A stretch of 64,000 nucleotides of DNA, from sequence record LR756500.1. One strand, 5' to 3'. The position numbers and the translations under genes are program-made. This document shows positions 7,739 to 16,943 of the stretch, piece after piece. Below the pieces are notes generated by a model, which was given only the letters and a program-made list of their open reading frames with translations, ran no database searches and had not been told where the DNA came from. Position 1 is the stretch's first letter. Every line of letters begins with the position of its first letter.

Positions 7739-7822
7739 GGTACCTGATAGGATTCGAACCTACGATGTTTCTAATGTATAGAGCCACAATCTATTGCCTT
7801 CGGCCGCTAGGCTACAGATACC
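7739..7822 (-). tRNA. trnH: tRNA-His(GTG) with encoded G-1 and 14-nt variable region
   Basis: G-1:C73 pair, GTATCTG/CAGGTAC acceptor, ATAGA-TTGTGGC-TCTAT anticodon arm. Confidence 0.9.
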
Positions 7823-7840
7823 ATATTAAATATTTCAAAG

Positions 7841-7880
7841 AACAAAATAAAAAGGTTCAAATCTTGCGATTTGAACCTTT
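7841..7880 (-). terminator. Intrinsic terminator directly upstream of the tRNA array
   Basis: Perfect 13-bp stem AAAGGTTCAAATC/GATTTGAACCTTT (7851-7880), GCAA loop, followed on the minus strand by a T-rich tract. Confidence 0.85.
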
Positions 7881-7910
7881 AAATATAGAATTATATAGTT
7901 AATGCACAAA

Positions 7911-7985
7911 TCACATAATATTAATGTTCACCTCTTCTAGAAGATGTTCCCAAATATGAATGATATGTACAGAAATTGCTTTCAT
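7911..7985 (-). CDS. 24-aa leader peptide MKAISVHIIHIWEHLLEEVNINIM (putative attenuator)
   Basis: Short ORF between promoter motifs (7990-7997, 8020-8042) and the terminator; codons 6-19 all match tRNA species encoded downstream. Confidence 0.65.
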   Translation of the reverse strand: MKAISVHIIHIWEHLLEEVNINIM

Positions 7986-8019
7986 TTGTTTATATATTAA
8001 AATTTTATTTGTAATTATA

Positions 8020-8042
8020 TGCAAATATATATAAAAAGTTTC
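8020..8042 (-). promoter_or_regulatory. Early-type promoter AAAC-N8-TATATTTGCA for the leader/tRNA unit
   Basis: GAAACTTTTTATATATATTTGCA on the minus strand. Confidence 0.6.
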
Positions 8043-8070
8043 GCATTTACAAATTTATTTTAAATTATTT

Positions 8071-9135
8071 TTAACTTATTTTATTTTGAAGTTCTTGTAT
8101 ACCTTTTTTATCTTTAATTTTATTACCAATATATTCAAATTGTCCTCTCCATTCATCACTTGAACTGTATGATTCTTTTTCTGTAAGAATTTTTTTATGT
8201 TGTAAATAAATTAAAATCGCATCTGCTAATTCAAAAAGTTGTTGATATTTTAATTTGCCTTTGTATTTTCCGATAAATTGATTAGTTTTAACATTATTGT
8301 ATTTTGTATTACCATTAAGTATTTTAGCAATTGAAGTACTACTATGTGAAGAAGGCAATTCATATATAAGTGTAAGTATATCATTTATGATTTCTTTTTC
8401 ATTAATTGAAAGTTCCGTTTTATCAAAAATATATAATGATAGAAATTTTTGATAATTATTCCATGAATCATTGGAATGATTATATACCGTATTCAAATCA
8501 TAATTATCATAAGTATCAATTTTATTTAAATCAAACGATTCATAACATTGTTCTTTAATAAAAAATATTTTATCAATTTCGTCTTGTGTATGAATTTGTG
8601 TATGTGGTAAGTGTAGTCTATATAACATAGCATTAGTATCTAAGTTATTATCCTTTTGGAATTTTGCCCAAAAATCATAAAAATCTTGTTCCTTTTTAAT
8701 GTAATAATTTACGCTATCATCATAATGATATTTATAACCAGAACCATTAGGATTGTTTATATCTAATTTATATTTTGTTATGCTTGCTATAGCATCAGGG
8801 TTATCTAAAAAATGAGCTCTTGATATTTTATAAAAATCTATTCTATTGAAATCATACGTATGTCCAGGTGACCATGTTATTAATTCAATATTATTTTTCC
8901 AGAAAAATTGTAATCTTGCTGCTAATTTTCTTTTTTGTAAAGTTTCATATAAATTATTATCGAATTTAAAAAGATGTAATGGAACTTCTTTTCCATATTT
9001 ATCTAAAACTATAATAAGTGGAATTTTATTGTGTATAAATATTTTAGAAATTTTATACATTTGATCTCTATGAAAATATAAAGATTGTTGTGATGCTTTT
9101 AAGCTATCACCAGGCATAAGATATTCTCTATTCAT
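8071..9135 (-). CDS. Hypothetical protein
   Basis: 354-aa ORF; no motif recognised with confidence. Confidence 0.75.
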   Translation of the reverse strand: MNREYLMPGDSLKASQQSLYFHRDQMYKISKIFIHNKIPLIIVLDKYGKEVPLHLFKFDNNLYETLQKRKLAARLQFFWKNNIELITWSPGHTYDFNRIDFYKISRAHFLDNPDAIASITKYKLDINNPNGSGYKYHYDDSVNYYIKKEQDFYDFWAKFQKDNNLDTNAMLYRLHLPHTQIHTQDEIDKIFFIKEQCYESFDLNKIDTYDNYDLNTVYNHSNDSWNNYQKFLSLYIFDKTELSINEKEIINDILTLIYELPSSHSSTSIAKILNGNTKYNNVKTNQFIGKYKGKLKYQQLFELADAILIYLQHKKILTEKESYSSSDEWRGQFEYIGNKIKDKKGIQELQNKIS

Positions 9136-9149
9136 TTAATAAAATATAA

Positions 9150-9189
9150 AAAAAGAACATAACTATATTAACTATATTATGTTCTTTTT
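9150..9189. terminator. Bidirectional-looking intrinsic terminator
   Basis: AAAAAGAACATAA / TTATGTTCTTTTT inverted repeat between ORFs. Confidence 0.6.
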
Positions 9190-9203
9190 AATTAATAAAA
9201 ATA

Positions 9204-9482
9204 TTATTTACTTTCATCAAAATATTCTTTATGAATTTTTTTCTGAAGCTCAATAGAAGCTTTAACTTCTTCAATTTCTTTGTGAATTTCTCTTATTGAA
9301 GCGAAATTTAGAGTTTGATGTTGAAATGCAGTGTTTAAAGCTCTTTTCTTAATAACAATTTCTTGTTCTAAAGAAGATACTTCTTTGTTTGATGCTGCAA
9401 TAGCTTCTTCTAATCTTAGAGAAGCATCTTGATTTGCTGTTTCTTTATCGTCAGCGCTGATTAGTTTAAGGTACTTGTTCAT
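9204..9482 (-). CDS. Coiled-coil hypothetical protein
   Basis: 92-aa ORF with heptad character. Confidence 0.6.
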   Translation of the reverse strand: MNKYLKLISADDKETANQDASLRLEEAIAASNKEVSSLEQEIVIKKRALNTAFQHQTLNFASIREIHKEIEEVKASIELQKKIHKEYFDESK

Positions 9483-9490
9483 AATAATAA

Positions 9491-10750
9491 TTATTTGGTT
9501 AATAAATTAAAAAATATATCAATTAAATGTTTTTCAAATTTTAAAGTTTTTTGTTTTGCATCACTTCTTATTAATTCTTGTTCTTTTATAAGAAGTTTGA
9601 AAAATTCCGTTTTTCTTAAATCAAATGCTTGTTCAGAAAGATAAATAGTTCTTTTAATATTATGAGATAGCAGCCCATTGTTATTAATTAAACCTTTAAT
9701 AGAAGCATTTAAGAAATATCCCTTTTTAGCTAGAAATAATCTAGCTTTTTCTACTTCATTTAGTTCTTTAGGTAAAAGTTCTCTTTCTTCACAACCTTCC
9801 GAGTTTTCAGCTAATCTACCTGCAACATGATTTATTCCACTAATTGTTTTAATGTTTTCAACCATTCCTTTAGGTAAAGATATAACTTCCTTTTTTGTTG
9901 ATTTAATAGATACCTTATAAGTATCTTTAAATTCAGATTCAACTATTCTTTTATTGCTTAAAACTTTTTTCCAAGAATCATTATAAGTATAAGCTCCAAA
10001 CCAATCCCATCTAAGATTTGCTTCATAAGTTTTTTCGATTTCATTACATACAGTAATTACTAAATCTTCTGGAAGAGATCCCGCAATTATTCTCACTATC
10101 TTATCATCCATATCCCAAGTATCTTTTACAATACGAGATTCATTTATTTTAAGATTATCTATATCATAATGAAAAATAGATGGAGCATTATATTCATAGC
10201 ATTTAATTCCTTTTCTGTAAATAATTAATTTATCTCCTCCTTTAAAAAGTTTAAATCCATTTCCTGTATATAATAAATCTTTTCGTTCAAATGAAAAATA
10301 ATAATCCCATTTATTAATAACTTCTTTTATAGATGGAATGATATCAATAAAAATACAAGTCTTATTATCTTCAGAATTAACTTCTTCAACAATTTCCCAT
10401 ATAGGATTTTCTTCATCTAAAGCATTACAATAAATTTCACGTATTACCATCCAAGGTTCCCATATAGTACCTCCCATATCAACACAAAAAGAAGTTTCTT
10501 TTCCATCTATAACAATAAATTCTGCATCTTCACCTCTAAATTTATGTGATGTTATACTAAAAAGTATTTCTCTATGACCAGAAAATGCATGAAATTTTAT
10601 TTTATTTCTCATTAACCAAGCAATAGCATAATTAAGACCACTTCCATATTCTCCTATTTTAGTGTCATCATTTTTCTTAGTAGAAAATCCTATTTTTTCA
10701 AAAGCTTTAGGTTCTATTTTACCTTTATTTGAAATTTTTAAGAATGCCAT
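9491..10750 (-). CDS. GHKL (HATPase_c)-family ATPase domain protein
   Basis: ISNKG.I...AF..IG.STK......IG.YGSGL.YA motifs; later W....REIYCNALDE. Confidence 0.75.
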   Translation of the reverse strand: MAFLKISNKGKIEPKAFEKIGFSTKKNDDTKIGEYGSGLNYAIAWLMRNKIKFHAFSGHREILFSITSHKFRGEDAEFIVIDGKETSFCVDMGGTIWEPWMVIREIYCNALDEENPIWEIVEEVNSEDNKTCIFIDIIPSIKEVINKWDYYFSFERKDLLYTGNGFKLFKGGDKLIIYRKGIKCYEYNAPSIFHYDIDNLKINESRIVKDTWDMDDKIVRIIAGSLPEDLVITVCNEIEKTYEANLRWDWFGAYTYNDSWKKVLSNKRIVESEFKDTYKVSIKSTKKEVISLPKGMVENIKTISGINHVAGRLAENSEGCEERELLPKELNEVEKARLFLAKKGYFLNASIKGLINNNGLLSHNIKRTIYLSEQAFDLRKTEFFKLLIKEQELIRSDAKQKTLKFEKHLIDIFFNLLTK

Positions 10751-10861
10751 TTAAATTATATTTAATGAATTAATTATGTAAATATAATAAAAAAGAGTTT
10801 AATTAAAAACAAAAAGAGCATAATTAAAAATTACACTCCTTATTAATTTAAAATATTTTGT

Positions 10862-11614
10862 TTATTTATTTTCAGTTGTTCCTTTTGCAGATTCTTTAAT
10901 TTCCTCAAATTGCTTTTGTACTTCAGCATAAGGTATTTGTTGTAAATCAAATGCTATAATATGTATAACCTTTAATTCATTATCTATAGTATTTGTAAAT
11001 GATGAATCAATTATAGAAGTAGATAAATATGTTTGAATTTGATTATCCATATTTGCATACATTTTATAATGTTCTTTATTTGAAGATAAATTTTCATCCA
11101 TTTTTAATCCTAATGGAATTATTTTACTAAATAATAAAATACCAGTACATATCAAAAATGTTGCTAATAAATTATCTGAAGAATCTCCCCATCCTTTTTT
11201 AGAAATAATTAAACCTAAAATTAAACAAACTATCATAAATATAGTTTGTAAAATTATAAAATAATATAAATTAGCTATAAAAAAATCTATAGTTTTATCG
11301 TGTGAATCTGCTCTTTTTCTTATAATTTTTAGTTGATTAAATATTCTATTTAATGTATATTTATCTTCATTTTTTTTAGGATTAACAATATATCTAGCAT
11401 TAGATACTTTATCATAAATGACTACAGTTTTTTCAGAATTAATAGAAGTATCCTTTAGGGTTAAAATATTTTTATCACCAGATAATTTATCTGATTTAGT
11501 TTCAGCCATTCTAATAGTAATAAAATGAAATATAAATAACATTAATATTAATATAATGGCTGAAACTAAAACAAATCTTTTTTTAATAAAATTTATAACC
11601 TTTACATAATTCAT
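10862..11614 (-). CDS. Multi-pass membrane protein
   Basis: Three hydrophobic segments. Confidence 0.65.
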   Translation of the reverse strand: MNYVKVINFIKKRFVLVSAIILILMLFIFHFITIRMAETKSDKLSGDKNILTLKDTSINSEKTVVIYDKVSNARYIVNPKKNEDKYTLNRIFNQLKIIRKRADSHDKTIDFFIANLYYFIILQTIFMIVCLILGLIISKKGWGDSSDNLLATFLICTGILLFSKIIPLGLKMDENLSSNKEHYKMYANMDNQIQTYLSTSIIDSSFTNTIDNELKVIHIIAFDLQQIPYAEVQKQFEEIKESAKGTTENK

Positions 11615-11659
11615 AGAATTAACTATATTAAATTATATATTGATCATAAACCCTTTTAA

Positions 11660-12280
11660 TTAGTCATTTAATAAACTAGATTTAGATTTATATAATTTTT
11701 CTTTACTCATACCTCTATAATTAGATGTACCTTTACTTATAGTGGCATAAGCGTTATTTGTTCCATCTGCAGTAGCTGCAAAACACATAGAATTACTTGT
11801 TGACATTCCCATAGATTGTCCAGCTTGCATAGCATCTTGATTTGCTGCTAAAAATATAAATTCCCAATCACCTTTTCTTTTCTCTTCAATAAGTTTAAAA
11901 ATATTTTCTCTTGTGAATTCTCTACTTGCATTTTCTTCTCCATCTGTAAGAATAACACATAGATATCTATCTGCTTCTATTTGCATTGATTCAACTTGGT
12001 GTACTCCTTTTCCAATTGCATCATATAATGCAGTTGAACCTCTAGGTACAAAAGTTTTGTCATTTAATTCTTCTATATTTTTGATATCTTCACCATGAGC
12101 AATAAGATCATATTCAGTATCAAATAAAGCTATGCTCATCATACATTTTCCTTCAATATTTTTTTGATCATTTAAAAATGTATTAAATCCACCTATAGCA
12201 TCATTTTTTATAGTTGACATAGATCCTGATCTATCTATAATTGCTAATATAACTGTTCCGTCAAATTTTTCTTTTTTCAT
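11660..12280 (-). CDS. von Willebrand factor A (vWA) domain protein
   Basis: MIDAS DRSGSM, T.LYDAI and ILTDG.EN.S motifs. Confidence 0.9.
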   Translation of the reverse strand: MKKEKFDGTVILAIIDRSGSMSTIKNDAIGGFNTFLNDQKNIEGKCMMSIALFDTEYDLIAHGEDIKNIEELNDKTFVPRGSTALYDAIGKGVHQVESMQIEADRYLCVILTDGEENASREFTRENIFKLIEEKRKGDWEFIFLAANQDAMQAGQSMGMSTSNSMCFAATADGTNNAYATISKGTSNYRGMSKEKLYKSKSSLLND

Positions 12281-12303
12281 AATTATTTTTATTTAAATTT
12301 AAT

Positions 12304-13273
12304 TGTTAAATATTCTCACTTTGTTGATTAAGTTGTTAAGGCTTTTAATCTAATTTTTCTCCACATGTTGGACAAAATTTCCATGTCGATTTTTTAATTC
12401 TTGATCTACATTCTGGACAATATTGTCTATTATCAGTTGGAAAAATAACAGTTTTTTGAGATTCAGGAAGAATCTTATATTCAACAAATGATGAACAATA
12501 AGAATTAAATTCAATATCTATTTGATCAAAATATTGACTTGAAGTTTTACCTTTAGATATTCTACCAGTTTCTTTTGTCGCAGACATTTTAGAACATTTA
12601 ACTGATCTTTTATTTTCATTTAAAAATCCTTTAGTTTGTTCTTGATTAGAATTTACATTAATATTGATATCTAAGCTATCTGTTGTAGTAGAATATTGTC
12701 CACTAGTATTTGTAACTCCTGTTGAATAAAAACATGTATTAATATTTTGAGTTCCATTTGTATACGTACCAGGAAACCAATAATCTTTGTCAAAAGATAA
12801 TGTTAAATTTTGATTTTTAACTTTTTCATCATAAAATTCTATACGTAAAATACCATTTTTTGCAATAGCATGATTAGTTGATTGATTATTTTCAACTTCA
12901 TACGTTTCAAAAAGAAATTTACGATTCTGATCTAAATATCTATCTAACCAAACTCGTTCACCTGGTTTTAAAACAAGTAAATTCTTTGACATAGAATTAC
13001 CATTAAAGATAATTTTAATACCGATAGTATTTTGTTTTGGATTATAGAGTTCTAATTCAAACTCATCTTTGTCTCTTAAAAAGACATTATTATCGTTTGC
13101 CTGGGAACGATAAACCCTTTGTCTGTTTTTGCCTATGGCCACGTGAGCCTCTGGCGTTCCATAAAATAATTGTACCATTTTTAATCTCTATTTTTATTTT
13201 TGCTAATTTTTTTGTCGCTCTTAAACGACTCTAAGCTTATTAAACTCAAAACTAACAAAGTGAGACCTTAACA
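12304..13273. repeat. Inverted repeat flanking gene 12345-13178 (12 bp perfect + 6 bp)
   Basis: TCTCACTTTGTT at 12314-12325 and AACAAAGTGAGA at 13254-13265; TGTTAA (12304-12309) and TTAACA (13268-13273). Confidence 0.6.
12345..13178 (-). CDS. Conserved phage protein with C-terminal Zn ribbon
   Basis: EFELELYNP...LVLKPGERVWLDRYLD; C-terminal YCPEC...FCPTCG. Confidence 0.75.
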   Translation of the reverse strand: MVQLFYGTPEAHVAIGKNRQRVYRSQANDNNVFLRDKDEFELELYNPKQNTIGIKIIFNGNSMSKNLLVLKPGERVWLDRYLDQNRKFLFETYEVENNQSTNHAIAKNGILRIEFYDEKVKNQNLTLSFDKDYWFPGTYTNGTQNINTCFYSTGVTNTSGQYSTTTDSLDININVNSNQEQTKGFLNENKRSVKCSKMSATKETGRISKGKTSSQYFDQIDIEFNSYCSSFVEYKILPESQKTVIFPTDNRQYCPECRSRIKKSTWKFCPTCGEKLD

Positions 13274-13307
13274 TTAATTATATGAAAATAAAATTAAAAG
13301 TTTCGAT

Positions 13308-14087
13308 TTAATTATCGAAAAATCCGAAATCACTTGAATTTTTTAAATGTTCATATTTATCTTTAAACCAGTTTGGAAAAAATTTCCAATTTTTATCATT
13401 TATATTGTTTATAAATTTTAAATTTTTAGATAAAATATCATCTAAATCTTTCCAAATATTTTTATTTTTATTTATTAATTTAGTATCAAATTCTAATGTA
13501 TCTTTTTCAAACATTGTATAATTTTTTCCTAAATCAAAAATTTTACGTATTTTATCTCCATCTTTATGATATTCTAATAAAGCAAAAAATAATCTACCTA
13601 AACTATTAAATTCTTCTGAATTTCCTACACCATTAGAATCTTCTATATCACCAGAATATAAAGCAGGATTACTAGTATTACTTGCTTCACATACAACATA
13701 TCTTATAGGAATATTTATTAAAAAATTATCATTAAATATATCATTTAAATTATCAACTCCACTAATATTATAATACTGATATCCTTTAAGAGATGGTAAA
13801 ATAGCAATTATAATTCTATAATCATCATTTTTTAAAAAAATTGGTGATACATCTGTTATATCACCTTCTTCCTTTAAATATTTAGTTGACCAATATTCTA
13901 ATTCAATACTTATAATATTAATATCATTACCGTGTTTAGATTCATAATTTTTAACTAAATGTTGAAATATTTCAATAACTATATCACCTTTAGCATTGTT
14001 ATATAAAATTTTACTAATTTCAGGGTATGGATTTCCATATGATTTACCTTCATTTAAAAAACTAATATAATCTTTAATAAATTTCAT
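13308..14087 (-). CDS. Hypothetical protein, possibly virion-associated
   Basis: MKFIKDYISFLNE N-terminus resembles T4-like head-internal proteins. Confidence 0.6.
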   Translation of the reverse strand: MKFIKDYISFLNEGKSYGNPYPEISKILYNNAKGDIVIEIFQHLVKNYESKHGNDINIISIELEYWSTKYLKEEGDITDVSPIFLKNDDYRIIIAILPSLKGYQYYNISGVDNLNDIFNDNFLINIPIRYVVCEASNTSNPALYSGDIEDSNGVGNSEEFNSLGRLFFALLEYHKDGDKIRKIFDLGKNYTMFEKDTLEFDTKLINKNKNIWKDLDDILSKNLKFINNINDKNWKFFPNWFKDKYEHLKNSSDFGFFDN

Positions 14088-14100
14088 TAATTATTTTATT

Positions 14101-14334
14101 TTATATATTTTCTTTTTTAGCTCTTAAAATTTTTGGTATAAATTCTTCATTAATATTTTTGCAATCTGCACATCTAAAACCTGGTATAGGTAAATTTTCC
14201 TTTTTACCTGTTCCTGATTGTAAAATAGATGCAATTTTAATTATATAAATTTGTTCAAATACATCACTACCACATTTTGAACAAACTGCATTAGGCATAT
14301 TTGGAATTTCATTTTTAATTGTTAATTGATTCAT
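14101..14334 (-). CDS. Small Zn-binding protein
   Basis: CSKCG...FRCADC. Confidence 0.6.
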   Translation of the reverse strand: MNQLTIKNEIPNMPNAVCSKCGSDVFEQIYIIKIASILQSGTGKKENLPIPGFRCADCKNINEEFIPKILRAKKENI

Positions 14335-16070
14335 GACATTAAATTTTTTAATCTGTTATTAAAGTGATCTGGAAAATTTTCTCTATTATTTAATATATTC
14401 ATTATAGTACCATCTATAAAATAAGTTATAGCCCAATCGTCTTTTGTTCTAATTGATCTACCCACGCCCTGAAAAATACTGATTTCTGTTTTCCAAGAAT
14501 ACCATTCATTTGATTTTTTTAATTTTGCTTTAACTAATGGATCTGATAATGATGGATATGGAACTTTAAAAAATATTTGAAATCTACTTATATCATCTTT
14601 TAAATCTAAACCTTCTAAAAGAGATGGTCCTATAAGTATTAAACCTTCTTTGTTATTTTTAAAAGTATTTAATATTTGTAATTTTTCTTGAGTATTAACG
14701 TAACTAATTAATCTATTTTTGTATTTTGAATTTTTTAAAATATAATTCATGAATTCATAAGATCCAGTATGAATAATACCTGAATTATTTTTATGTTTTT
14801 TCTCAATAATATAATCCATTACTTTTAATACATACGGAAGATTTTTTTCTTTTTCTTTATATGATAATTTATATTTAGGTAAATAGAAAATAGGTGATTT
14901 ATCATAATTAAAATCACTAGGTATTCTCATAAATTTAACTTTATCTAAAGCTATAACATTTGCATATCTCTGAGGTGTTCCAATAGTAGCACTCATAAAA
15001 ATTTTAAAACCTGCTTGTTTATGCATATGTTTAATTATCATAAATCTTTCATCTAAACAATTAAATTTAATTTCATCATTAGCTTCATTCTTTATAATAT
15101 TATCTACAGAAGTTAAAGTTATTATTTCATTATAATCTTCTAATTTACAATGTAAATCTTTTATCCAATCTAATATCCATAAACCTCTTTTCCATTCTTT
15201 AGGTAATTTTCTTTTATCAAAGGGATATAAATCTTTAAGTACTGTTTTTATTTCTTCCGCAATACTAATAAAAGGAACTAATATAGATTCAACTTCTTTT
15301 AATAATTCAAATAATATAGATGTGCTTTCATTATCATAAATACGCTCAATAATTTTTAATAAATTTGAATGATTATAACTAGCATTTAATTTAAAAAGAA
15401 AACCATTTTTATTAATAATTTGAGAAATTTCATATAAATAATCTCCAATATTTCTAGTTATTTTCGGTGAAAAATGATTCTGTATTATATCATCTATTTT
15501 ATGTGCTTCATCAAAAAATATAAAATCTCTTTTTTGAAAAGGAACTGGCTTATCGGCTTCTTCCATTTTTCTGGCTACGTAATTTCTTTGTATAAGCCAG
15601 TAATTATATGTTAATAAAGTAATTTTATTTTCAATAGCTTTATCTCTTGTAACTAAATATTCGCAATTACTTCTGCAATATAACAAATTAGGATTTAAAT
15701 TTCTACATCTACATTCTCCAATAGAAAATTTTTCATCATTAATATGACATTTATAATTATCTACACCATTAATAAATCCAAAATTTAATTTGTATTTTAT
15801 AAAATCTTCTTTATACTGTTCATATAACGAAATTTCACTAGTTAAAATATATCCAGAATATTTTAATTTTTCTAATACATATGATACAGCAAGTGCAATT
15901 ATACTTTTACCTGAACCTGTCGGTGCATCTAAAATAATTGAATCATATTTATTTTCTAAATATGTATTAATTACTTCTAATATTGCTTCTTTTTGCCATA
16001 ATCTAAATTTAAAATCATTAGAAATGCTAATTTTAAAATTATTTAAATGCTCATTTATAATATTAATCAT
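14331..16070 (-). CDS. dinG: DinG/XPD-family SF2 helicase
   Basis: Q motif FRLWQ, DAPTGSGKS, Fe-S cysteines (C..C..C...C), DEAH, MSAT, EGLD, K.PYP, QGVGRSIR. Confidence 0.9.
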   Translation of the reverse strand: MINIINEHLNNFKISISNDFKFRLWQKEAILEVINTYLENKYDSIILDAPTGSGKSIIALAVSYVLEKLKYSGYILTSEISLYEQYKEDFIKYKLNFGFINGVDNYKCHINDEKFSIGECRCRNLNPNLLYCRSNCEYLVTRDKAIENKITLLTYNYWLIQRNYVARKMEEADKPVPFQKRDFIFFDEAHKIDDIIQNHFSPKITRNIGDYLYEISQIINKNGFLFKLNASYNHSNLLKIIERIYDNESTSILFELLKEVESILVPFISIAEEIKTVLKDLYPFDKRKLPKEWKRGLWILDWIKDLHCKLEDYNEIITLTSVDNIIKNEANDEIKFNCLDERFMIIKHMHKQAGFKIFMSATIGTPQRYANVIALDKVKFMRIPSDFNYDKSPIFYLPKYKLSYKEKEKNLPYVLKVMDYIIEKKHKNNSGIIHTGSYEFMNYILKNSKYKNRLISYVNTQEKLQILNTFKNNKEGLILIGPSLLEGLDLKDDISRFQIFFKVPYPSLSDPLVKAKLKKSNEWYSWKTEISIFQGVGRSIRTKDDWAITYFIDGTIMNILNNRENFPDHFNNRLKNLMS

Positions 16071-16878
16071 TATTTAATTTTAAGTTATAACTCCAAAAAT
16101 AATTTTTGAATTTTTTATTTTTTCTAGCGACATATGAAATACTATTTCTTAAAAATCCAAGATTTTCATTTATTTCATTTGAAGAATTCCAAATTTTTAA
16201 TAATTTCCAATTTAAATCATATTGATATATTTTTTTAATATATTTACTCATAGCATTTTTAATATTATTTTTACCTTTTTCTGATCTAGGTTTACTCATA
16301 TTTTGTATTCTTTCTTTTGTATGTAATTTATTTTTTAATGAATTAGAAATATTTTTTTTTCTTTCTATTGAAAATATTTTATTTTTATTACCTTTTGATA
16401 TTTTTTCTTTATGATCTTTTGATAATTTTTTACCGTACATTGGATTTTTTGATCCTTTTTTTAAATCAGATAATTTTTTTTTTAATTCTGGATTATTAGC
16501 ATACATTATTTTTAATGATTCTGATTTTTTTCTACCTTCCTCTTTAGATCCTTTCCTATACTTAAATGAATATGCTATAGGTAAAATATTAAATCCTTTA
16601 TCTCTTTCATATGATTTATATAAATCTATATAATATTGTTCTCTCTCCTTTAATTGTTCTAAAAAAAATTCATCATAATATTCTAGTATTTCAATTTTAA
16701 AACATTCTTCTCCATATTTATTATAGCTTCTTTGTAATAATATTTGAGCTTTATTTTTTCTTAAAGCTTTAAAATGACCATTAATTCTTCTATTAATATC
16801 TTTACTTGAACCTATATAAATTTTATTATTAGCTTCACATATAATTTTATATATGCCCGGTTTACTTTTATAATACAT
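16063..16878 (-). CDS. Free-standing GIY-YIG homing endonuclease with NUMOD3/NUMOD1 tails
   Basis: GIYKI...NNKIYIGSS.D...R; NPMYGKK.S.DHK.KIS; IYQYDLN..LLK.W.S. Confidence 0.9.
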   Translation of the reverse strand: MYYKSKPGIYKIICEANNKIYIGSSKDINRRINGHFKALRKNKAQILLQRSYNKYGEECFKIEILEYYDEFFLEQLKEREQYYIDLYKSYERDKGFNILPIAYSFKYRKGSKEEGRKKSESLKIMYANNPELKKKLSDLKKGSKNPMYGKKLSKDHKEKISKGNKNKIFSIERKKNISNSLKNKLHTKERIQNMSKPRSEKGKNNIKNAMSKYIKKIYQYDLNWKLLKIWNSSNEINENLGFLRNSISYVARKNKKFKNYFWSYNLKLNND

Positions 16879-16943
16879 TTGTTTTTATTTATATATCAAA
16901 TATAATTATAGTAATTAGTTAATTCAATGGTTGATATGTCTAT

